From NCBI RefSeq assembly GCF_036577625.1, contig NZ_JARBDC010000005.1:234782-258781 (forward strand): a stretch of 24,000 nucleotides of DNA, read 5' to 3'. Positions 17,270 through 24,000 of the stretch are shown here, piece by piece. Every line of letters starts with the position of its first letter. The first letter of the stretch is position 1. The notes beneath the pieces were generated by a model, which worked only from the letters and a program-made list of their open reading frames with translations, searched no databases and was not told the DNA's origin. A program made the translations under genes and the position numbers. This DNA is from Paenibacillus sp. GYB003. GTDB taxonomy: Bacteria; Bacillota; Bacilli; Paenibacillales; NBRC-103111.

Positions 17270-17296
17270 TGTCACAGCTTCGCCTCCTTCCTCGTC
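17270..17296 (+). promoter_or_regulatory. Candidate ECF41-type sigma promoter
   Basis: TGTCACA (17270-17276) - N16 - CGTC (17293-17296), immediately upstream of the oxidoreductase/ECF41 operon. Confidence 0.8.
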
Positions 17297-17333
17297 TTGT
17301 GTAACGAAAACGAAAAGACGGAGGATGATCCTT

Positions 17334-18644
17334 ATGAATCGTTACGATGCAGCCGTAATCGGCGGAGGCTTGTCGGGTCTTATTGCGGCGGTCCTGCTGG
17401 CCCGGGCGAACAAATCGGTCGTCGTGCTGGAGAAGTCCGAGCGTATCGGCGGAAGGGCGATGACGATCGACAAAAAAGGCGCCCTCTTCAACCTCGGCGG
17501 CCATGCGCTGTATCGCGGCGGAGAAGCGCATTCGATTTTGCAGGAGCTTGGCGTGCGTCTCAAAGGCGGCAAGCCGCTCGCCGACGGGTTCGCGTTATGG
17601 CAAAACCGGCTGCTGCCGCTGCCGGGGGATCCGGTTCGGCTGCTCGCTTCGCGGCTTTTGACATGGTCCGGCAAAATCGAGCTGGGGCGCGCCATGCTCC
17701 GCATCGGCAAAATCCGCACGGCCGACCTGCCCGACATCAGCTTGCGCGAATGGGCCGAGCGGGAAATCCGCGACCCGATGGTGCGTCATCTGCTGTATGC
17801 ATTGTGCCGGACGGCCACTTATAATAAAGACATCGATATTCAGCCGATCGGACCGGTCATGCGGCAAATCCAGCGATCGCTGAAGGAAGGGGTTCTCTAT
17901 TTGAACGGAGGCTGGCAGACGATCGTCGATCAGCTGCGGGAGATGGCCGTCCGCGCCGGAGCGACCGTCATGACCGGCAAAAGCGTCGCCGAGATTCGGC
18001 ACGACGGAGCGGTTCGGGGCATCCGTTGCGCGGACGGCGCCGCCATTGAAGTCGATGGCGTCATCAGCACGCTGTCCCCGGCCGACACGTACCGGCTGGT
18101 CCGCGACGCGGAGCGAACCGCTTTGCGCCGCTGGAAAGAAGCGGCCAGGCCGGTCAAGGCGGCGTGTCTCGACCTTTGTCTGCGCAAGCTTCCGGTGCCG
18201 GATCGCCATTTCGCGATCGGCATCGATCAGCCCGTTTTTTTCACCCATCATTCCCGGGTCGCCCGGTTGAGCCGGGACGCGACGCTCGTGATGCATCTGA
18301 TCAAGTATAACGACGGCGCGGAAAGCGATCCGAAAGCGGACGAGACAATGCTCGAATCGACGATGGATCTGCTGCACCCCGGCTGGCGGAACGAAGTGGC
18401 GGCGAAGCAATATTTGCCGAACATGACCGTCGTTCACGACGTCGTCCGCGTCGGCCGAAAAGACGCGCCCGGTCCCGCCGTACCGGAAATCGGCGGATTG
18501 TACGTCGCCGGCGACTGGGTCACCCGGGGGGAAATGCTCGCCGACGCCGCCGCGGCAAGCGCCGAGCGCGCCGTGCGGGAGCTGCTGCAATCCTCGCCCG
18601 CCGTCCGGACGGACGCCGTGCGGCCGTTGACCAAATGGGGCTGA
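17334..18644 (+). CDS. FAD-dependent oxidoreductase (phytoene desaturase/amine oxidase-like)
   Basis: DAAVIGGGLSGLIAAVLLARANKSVVVLEKSERIGGRAMT dinucleotide-binding motif. C-terminal IGGLYVAGDWVTRGEMLADAAAASAERAVRELL. GGAGG SD. Confidence 0.92.
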   Translation: MNRYDAAVIGGGLSGLIAAVLLARANKSVVVLEKSERIGGRAMTIDKKGALFNLGGHALYRGGEAHSILQELGVRLKGGKPLADGFALWQNRLLPLPGDPVRLLASRLLTWSGKIELGRAMLRIGKIRTADLPDISLREWAEREIRDPMVRHLLYALCRTATYNKDIDIQPIGPVMRQIQRSLKEGVLYLNGGWQTIVDQLREMAVRAGATVMTGKSVAEIRHDGAVRGIRCADGAAIEVDGVISTLSPADTYRLVRDAERTALRRWKEAARPVKAACLDLCLRKLPVPDRHFAIGIDQPVFFTHHSRVARLSRDATLVMHLIKYNDGAESDPKADETMLESTMDLLHPGWRNEVAAKQYLPNMTVVHDVVRVGRKDAPGPAVPEIGGLYVAGDWVTRGEMLADAAAASAERAVRELLQSSPAVRTDAVRPLTKWG

Positions 18645-18674
18645 CCTGACCGGCCCGCCGAAAGGATGATCGCT

Positions 18675-19598
18675 ATGGACCATACCGTTCCTATCGAGGA
18701 CTGGTACGCCGCCTACAAGCCGCTTTTATTTTCGCTCGCTTACCGGATGCTGGGCAGCGTCATGGACGCGGAAGATATCGTGCAGGAAGCGTTTCTGTCG
18801 CTGGGTGCCGCAGCCGACCCTGCGCCCATTCGGAACGGCAAAGCGTATTTGTGCAAAATCGTCACGAACCGCTGCATCGATCGTCTCCGTTCCGGTCAGG
18901 CGAAGCGGGAAGTGTACGTGGGGCCGTGGCTGCCGGAGCCGATCGTGACGCCGGAGACCGACGCGCAGGCGGACCCGCTTCAAGCGTATGTGCGCAGCGA
19001 GTCGGTGTCGACGGCTTACCTGCTTCTGCTGCAGCAGCTGTCGTGGGTCGAGCGGGCCGTCTTTTTGCTGAGGGAAGTGCTGCAGTACGATTACGACGAA
19101 ATCGCCGGCATCGTCGGCAAAAGCGCAACGAACTGCCGGCAAATTTTTCACCGGGCGAAGCGCGGCATCAGCCTCCGCCCGCCGCACGACGAAGAAGCCG
19201 CCCCCGTGCCGGGGGCGGCGTCGTCCCGCCCGGCCGATCCCGAACGAACGGGCGAGCTGGTCCGGCAATTCGTTCAGGCGCTCGCAAGCGGGGATATCGC
19301 CAGGCTGCTCGGCATCTTGTCCGAAGACGCCGTGCTTTACTCGGACGGCGGCGGCAAAGTGCATGCGGCGACTCGCCCGATCGTCGGAGCGGACCGCGTG
19401 ATCCGATTTCTTACGGGCTTGCTCGAAAAAGCGTCCCCCGCCTTCTCGTTCCGGTTCGCCCGAGTCGGGAGCGACGCCGGCATCGTCACGTACGAAAACG
19501 GCGTTCCGCAATCGGTGTTTTCGTTCCATGCCGAGAACGGACGAATCGCGGCGGTGTATATCGTCGTCAATCCGGATAAGCTCGCTTATGTCCGCTAG
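18675..19598 (+). CDS. ECF41-family (SigJ-like) RNA polymerase sigma factor with C-terminal SnoaL-like domain
   Basis: Sigma regions 2 and 4 (YRMLGSVMDAEDIVQEAFLS; LSWVERAVFLLREVLQYDYDEIAGIVGKSATNCRQIFHRAKR) plus the C-terminal DAVLYSDGGGKVHAATRPIVGADRV motif. Start chosen for spacing from AAAGGA (alternative start 18666). Confidence 0.92.
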   Translation: MDHTVPIEDWYAAYKPLLFSLAYRMLGSVMDAEDIVQEAFLSLGAAADPAPIRNGKAYLCKIVTNRCIDRLRSGQAKREVYVGPWLPEPIVTPETDAQADPLQAYVRSESVSTAYLLLLQQLSWVERAVFLLREVLQYDYDEIAGIVGKSATNCRQIFHRAKRGISLRPPHDEEAAPVPGAASSRPADPERTGELVRQFVQALASGDIARLLGILSEDAVLYSDGGGKVHAATRPIVGADRVIRFLTGLLEKASPAFSFRFARVGSDAGIVTYENGVPQSVFSFHAENGRIAAVYIVVNPDKLAYVR

Positions 19599-19628
19599 AA
19601 GCCGGGCACGCGCCGCCGGGCATCGTTT

Positions 19629-20339
19629 CTAGCAGATGCACGTCTTCCGCTTGACGCCGACCTTCCCCCGCTCCTCAGCCTTGCGGATATATTCGGACGC
19701 CCGCGGCACCTTGCACGCCGTTTGCCCGACGTCGACCTTGACGCTGCCGATGGCGTCCGCGCAAGCTTTGGCTTTCTCGTGCAGCGGGGCCGCATAGACG
19801 CCGACCGCGATGACGAATCCGTTCATCGCATAGCGGACCCGGTTCCGTTCTTCGTGAACGGTCGCTTCGATCTGACCCAGCAGCCGCTCGATACGCCGCA
19901 GATCGAGCCGGCCGTCGGGAGTAATCGATATATAGTTCGCGTACGTGCTCCAGCCGCAGACAGCCGTCATCTCGTCGGGAGACCGGATCCAGTCTTCCGC
20001 GAGCTCGAGGGCGTGCGGGCTTTCGGCCGCCACCCAGGCGACGGCGTACTCGGCGAGCATATACCAGTTCGCCGCACGCACCCAGCGCTGCAGCATGTCT
20101 TTGTCCGCCGTCCTCGGATCGACCGTGAGTCCGGCCAAGTACATCGCGTCGCTGTTCCCGGTATCGTACAAAGCGCGTGCGACTTGCTGGTTTGCTTTCA
20201 CCTCTTTGACGAGCTTCTTCAGGTCTCCGACCTTGACTCCGAATAACGGCTCCTTGGCCCCGTGCCGCAAAAACGTGCTTTTCGTTTGCTCCGATCCCAT
20301 CGCTTCGAGCTTGTCCATCACTTCGCGCAGCGTCGTCAT
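19629..20339 (-). CDS. DNA alkylation repair family protein (AlkD-like, HEAT-repeat glycosylase)
   Basis: LFGVKVGDLKKLVKEVKANQQVARALYDTGNSDAMYLAGLTVDP...MLQRWVRAANWYMLAEYAVAWVAAESP. GGAGG 9 nt upstream of the ATG. Confidence 0.85.
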   Translation of the reverse strand: MTTLREVMDKLEAMGSEQTKSTFLRHGAKEPLFGVKVGDLKKLVKEVKANQQVARALYDTGNSDAMYLAGLTVDPRTADKDMLQRWVRAANWYMLAEYAVAWVAAESPHALELAEDWIRSPDEMTAVCGWSTYANYISITPDGRLDLRRIERLLGQIEATVHEERNRVRYAMNGFVIAVGVYAAPLHEKAKACADAIGSVKVDVGQTACKVPRASEYIRKAEERGKVGVKRKTCIC

Positions 20340-20463
20340 CGCATATGTCCTCCTTGAACCGCCATACGTGAAAAAGGTTATAATCATCGTAAACGAAAAA
20401 ACGGGAAGAAGCGGGCGGCCGAACCTGTTCCCGGCGCTCGCTCTCCCGAATCGGGGGATTTCC

Positions 20464-21003
20464 ATGATTTTGCACAAAGGCGAGACGTTGTTCCGCCAAG
20501 GAGAAACGGGGCCGCTCTACCGGTTAAACAGCGGCCTGCTCAAAATCGTCCGGGTCCACGAGGACGGCCGGCAATTCGTAGTCAACCTCATCGTGCCGGG
20601 CGAAACGATTCCGCACCATTCGCTCATCAGCCCGAACCCGTATTTCGGAACGGCCGAAGCGCTCGTCACTTGCGAGGTCGACGTCCTGCCGGCGAACGAA
20701 TGGTACCGGGAAGCGGAGAGCAGCCCGGACAAAATGCGCGCCATCGCCCTGCAGCTGCAGGAAAAGCTGCGCATGATGCAGCAGCGGATCGATCAGCTGA
20801 CCGAGGTCGCGCCCGCCGAAAAGCTGCGCAAGCTGGACGCCTGGTTCGGCGCCTATATCGCGCCGGTCTCGATGACGGAGCTGCTCACGCAGGACGAAAT
20901 CGGCCAATTGATCGGCGTTCGCCGCGAGACGGTCAACCGGCTGCTGCGGGCCGGAATCGCCGCTCAGTCGTCCAGCCGGCCCGAGGGTCCGAAAAATTCG
21001 TAA
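20464..21003 (+). CDS. Crp/Fnr family transcriptional regulator
   Basis: cNMP-binding-like fold (GETLFRQGETGPLYRLNSGLLKIVRVHEDGRQFVVNLIVPGE) and HTH_Crp (LLTQDEIGQLIGVRRETVNRLL). Confidence 0.87.
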   Translation: MILHKGETLFRQGETGPLYRLNSGLLKIVRVHEDGRQFVVNLIVPGETIPHHSLISPNPYFGTAEALVTCEVDVLPANEWYREAESSPDKMRAIALQLQEKLRMMQQRIDQLTEVAPAEKLRKLDAWFGAYIAPVSMTELLTQDEIGQLIGVRRETVNRLLRAGIAAQSSSRPEGPKNS

Positions 21004-22187
21004 TGAATGTCGGCCGGAGCGACGCCCCATTCCAGCAAAGCGCGGTTGATCGCTTTCATGAACGGGATCGGTCCGCAAAAATAAAAGCCGGCGTCCTTCG
21101 TCGGCACGATCCGCCGAAGCCAATTCAAATCGATATAGCCTTCCTGATGAAACGCGCCGGCAGCCCGGTCCCGTTCCGTCGGCTTCTCGTAGCACCAGTA
21201 GGCGCGTATGGCGGAGCGGCCCGAAGCAAGCTCCTCGACTTCTTTCCGGAGCGCGTGAACGTCCCCGTTGCGGGCCGCATGGATGAACGCAACCGGTCGG
21301 TTCGGATCGTTCCTCTCCGCCAAAGCGTGCAGCATGGCGGCCAACGGCGTTACTCCGACTCCGCCGCTGATGAGAACGACCGGACGACGGTCGCCTTCGT
21401 CCAACGTAAAGCTGCCCGCCGGGGCCGACAGCGGCAATACGTCCCCTTCCCCGACGGTTTCGTGCAAATAAACGGAAACTTTGCCGGCCGGCCGATCCGC
21501 GGCGGCGTCCTCCCGTTTGACCGAAATCCGGTAATACGGCTTGCCCGGGGCGCCCGATAAGCTGTATTGGCGAATGTGGACGTTCGGCTCGCCCGGGATT
21601 TCGGCCTTCACGCTGACGTATTGGCCCGGGGCGTAGGAGGCTATCGGCTTGCCGTCGGCCGGAACGAGATAAAACGATGCGATCTCTTCGCTCTCCCGCA
21701 CCTTCCGCTCTACGCGGAACGCGCGGAAGCCGGCCCAGCCGCCTTCCTGCTTTTCCGCTTGCTCGTACATGTCCGCCTCTACGCCAATAAACGCATCCGC
21801 AATGACGCCGTACGCTTCCCCCCACGCCCGGATGACGTCTTCCGTCGCCGCATCGCCGAGAACGTCCTGAATGGCGGCGAGCAAGTTGCGTCCGACGATC
21901 GGGTATTGCTCCGCTTTAATGCCGAGGCTGCGGTGCTTGTGGCCGATCTGCCTCACGACCGGAAGAATCGCTTCCAGGTTGTCGATATGCTGCGCGGCGG
22001 CATATACGGCTCCCGCCAGAGCGGCCTGCTGTCTGCCTTGCTTCTGGTTCGCATGGTTGAACACGTTCAGCAGCTCCGGATGATTGTCGAACAGCAGCTC
22101 GTAAAACCGTTTCGTAATCGCCGTTCCGTGCTTTTCCAGAACGGGTACCGTCGATTTAATGATTTCGATCGTCGCAGGGGCAAGCAT
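20964..22187 (-). CDS. hmp: Flavohemoprotein (nitric oxide dioxygenase)
   Basis: Globin domain (MLAPATIEIIKSTVPVLEKHGTAITKRFYELLFDNHPELLNVFNHANQ) followed by an FAD/NAD reductase (YSLSGAPGKPYYRISVKRE; GGVGVTPLAAMLHAL; FYFCGPIPFMKAI). Confidence 0.95.
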   Translation of the reverse strand: MLAPATIEIIKSTVPVLEKHGTAITKRFYELLFDNHPELLNVFNHANQKQGRQQAALAGAVYAAAQHIDNLEAILPVVRQIGHKHRSLGIKAEQYPIVGRNLLAAIQDVLGDAATEDVIRAWGEAYGVIADAFIGVEADMYEQAEKQEGGWAGFRAFRVERKVRESEEIASFYLVPADGKPIASYAPGQYVSVKAEIPGEPNVHIRQYSLSGAPGKPYYRISVKREDAAADRPAGKVSVYLHETVGEGDVLPLSAPAGSFTLDEGDRRPVVLISGGVGVTPLAAMLHALAERNDPNRPVAFIHAARNGDVHALRKEVEELASGRSAIRAYWCYEKPTERDRAAGAFHQEGYIDLNWLRRIVPTKDAGFYFCGPIPFMKAINRALLEWGVAPADIHYEFFGPSGRLDD

Positions 22188-22206
22188 CGCAATCTCCTCG
22201 CTTTGT

Positions 22207-22231
22207 CTTGGTTTGGTATACACCAAGTATA
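22207..22231 (-). promoter_or_regulatory. Candidate hmp promoter/operator
   Basis: Minus strand -10-like TATACT (22226-22231), directly followed by the near-palindrome TTGGTGTATACCAA (22213-22226). Confidence 0.4.
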
Positions 22232-22311
22232 GGCCGCGAGGAGGCGTATGCCTGTGCGTGCAATCACACCGTTATGGAACGATTTGTGACGGAACGGTCG
22301 GCCCGCGCTGC

Positions 22312-24000
22312 TCAGTCGGCGCGATCGGCGTACGGAGCGAGCATCGCCTCTATAGCGGCATGCCCTCTCCGCCTCGCCCACGCGAGCGGGCGCGACCGCG
22401 GCTCCTCCGCCGGCAGGCGCGGATCGGCTCCTTGCTCGAGCAGCCAGCGCGCCATCTCCGTTTGTCCGTATTTGGCCGCCCATCCGAGCGGCGTCGCGCC
22501 GTACTCCCCGTCGATCGCGTCGAGGTCGGCCCCGAATTCGCGCAGCAGCGCGGCGACGCCGATTTGCCCTTTGGCGGCCGCGATGTGCAAATACGTGACG
22601 CCCTGCCAGTTGGCGAGGTTCGGGTCCGCTCCCGCCTCCAGCAGCAGCCGGACCATGTCCGTTCCGAAATCGGCCGCATAGCCCATATAGTTGTTCGCGT
22701 ACCACGGCGCGTTCAGCTCGGCTCCGCTGCGCAGAAGCAGCCGGACGATATCGGCGTGGCCGAAGCCGGCGGCCATGCACAGCGGCCCGTAATCGCCGCC
22801 GCTGTTCGCGAGCGACTTGTTCGTGCCGAGGATAGCGCTGACGACCTCGATGTTGCCCAAATAGCATACAAAATCGAGCCTCATCGTCGCGCCGTGGGCG
22901 TACAACAGCTTCGCCATTTCGTCGTGCCCTTTGGAAACGGCGATGGAGAGCGGGCTGCCGCCGGCGTCCAGCAGCGCGTTCGGATCGGCCCCGTGCGCGA
23001 GCAGCAGCCTGGCGCATTCGAGATGATTGCCGCTTGCGGCGTGCCACAGGGCGCTGCCGCGCGGCGCGTCCGCCTCGTCCGCGTTCGGATCGGCGCCGCA
23101 CTCGAGCAACAGCTTCACCGCCGCCGTATGCCCCGGCTTCGCCGCATAGCCGAGCGGCCGTTTGCCGACCGAATTTTTCGCGTTCGCCAGTTGCCGATCC
23201 CCTTCGAGCAGCTCGCCGAGCCGATCGGCGTCGCCTACGGCCGCTGCCGTCCATATGTCGTAGTCGGCCCCGCGCGCCAGCAAATAGCCGACGAGCACCG
23301 CTTCGCTGCGCAGCGCCTGCCGGGGCAAATCCCGCTTCGCCCGGTACCAGTAATCGCCGCCGGCGACGGCGAGCTGCAGCGGAGTCGCCCCGTCCGCACG
23401 CGCCGCCGCGATATTCGCGCCTCGGTCGAGCAAGGCGGCGATAAGCGGCAGCTGCCGGGTCAACACGGCCCAGTGGAGCGGCGTATTGCCCCGCTCGTCG
23501 GCCTGCGCCGCAATTCCGGGCGACTCGTCCAGCCGTCGCAGGACGTCCGCGACCCGGCGCGCCCGGATCAGCTCGCCGATCTCGCCGCCGGTCGGCGTCG
23601 TCCCGTAGCTCCGCGCCAAATGCTCCTTCAGCAGACTGGCGATTTCGCCGTGTCCGCGATCGATCGCCTTCGTCAGCGGATCGTCCTGCCAGCCGAGGCC
23701 CGACTTGTACGTCGCATCCGCCCCGCAGTCCAGCAGCAGCCGGACGAGCCCGGCATGCCCTTCGCGTACGGCGAAATGAAGCGGCGTGAAATAGCCCCAG
23801 CAGCAATTCGCAAGCTCCCGATTCCGTTCCAGCAAACGGGCGGCGGTCGCGGTATCGCCCGTTATGCAGCTTGCGAGCATGCTCCATACGTCCTCTCCCG
23901 GCCCGCCGGCCGATGCCACGACTTCCCCGGTGCGCAGCTCTTCCGGTTGAATCGCCGCGGCGCCCGTGCGGGCGCGGTTCCCATTGGCGTTAGCGTCCAT
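22312..24000 (-). CDS. Ankyrin-repeat protein (start coincides with window edge; may extend beyond)
   Basis: About a dozen ankyrin-like units, e.g. FTPLHFAVREGHAGLVRLLLDCGAD, NTPLHWAVLTRQLPLIAALLDRGAN, GSPLSIAVSKGHDEMAKLLYAHGA, ATPLGWAAKYGQTEMARWLLEQGAD. Confidence 0.92.
   Translation of the reverse strand: MDANANGNRARTGAAAIQPEELRTGEVVASAGGPGEDVWSMLASCITGDTATAARLLERNRELANCCWGYFTPLHFAVREGHAGLVRLLLDCGADATYKSGLGWQDDPLTKAIDRGHGEIASLLKEHLARSYGTTPTGGEIGELIRARRVADVLRRLDESPGIAAQADERGNTPLHWAVLTRQLPLIAALLDRGANIAAARADGATPLQLAVAGGDYWYRAKRDLPRQALRSEAVLVGYLLARGADYDIWTAAAVGDADRLGELLEGDRQLANAKNSVGKRPLGYAAKPGHTAAVKLLLECGADPNADEADAPRGSALWHAASGNHLECARLLLAHGADPNALLDAGGSPLSIAVSKGHDEMAKLLYAHGATMRLDFVCYLGNIEVVSAILGTNKSLANSGGDYGPLCMAAGFGHADIVRLLLRSGAELNAPWYANNYMGYAADFGTDMVRLLLEAGADPNLANWQGVTYLHIAAAKGQIGVAALLREFGADLDAIDGEYGATPLGWAAKYGQTEMARWLLEQGADPRLPAEEPRSRPLAWARRRGHAAIEAMLAPYADRAD

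Noticed and set aside
22067-23887. 606-aa minus strand ORF overlapping the ankyrin gene
   Set aside because: Low-complexity Arg/Gly/Ala-rich shadow frame of the ankyrin-coding frame. No domain signal.
1-24000. CRISPR array, tRNA/rRNA, transposase or integrase
   Set aside because: No regularly spaced direct repeats, no tRNA-like cloverleaf and no transposase or integrase motifs were seen on reading. A dedicated scan would be needed to exclude weak cases.

Overview
High-GC Paenibacillus/Cohnella-like (Firmicutes) chromosomal window; the taxon is inferred from codon and domain style only. It is mostly ordinary accessory genes. These are an amino-acid ABC transporter beside a truncated MetN, an APH(6)-like kinase, the agmatine-to-putrescine genes aguB/aguA, an M16 peptidase, an NADPH:FMN reductase, a methyltransferase, an NAD(P)-binding protein, an AlkD-like protein, a Crp/Fnr regulator, a flavohemoprotein and an ankyrin-repeat protein. 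The most unusual content lies between 10.7 and 19.6 kb. (1) There is a ParM-like/ParR-like pair with a stand-alone PBECR-type nuclease-like ORF and a candidate small RNA just upstream. (2) An 848-aa protein appears to fuse an ECF-type sigma factor (regions 2 and 4), a C39/BtrH-like domain with no obvious catalytic Cys, a helical linker and two C-terminal VOC/glyoxalase-like modules. It is divergent from a VOC+GyrI-like protein. (3) An FAD oxidoreductase + ECF41/SigJ-type sigma operon is preceded by an exact TGTCACA-N16-CGTC promoter. No tRNA, rRNA, CRISPR array or transposase was recognised. All family calls come from reading motifs by eye; no database search was run.
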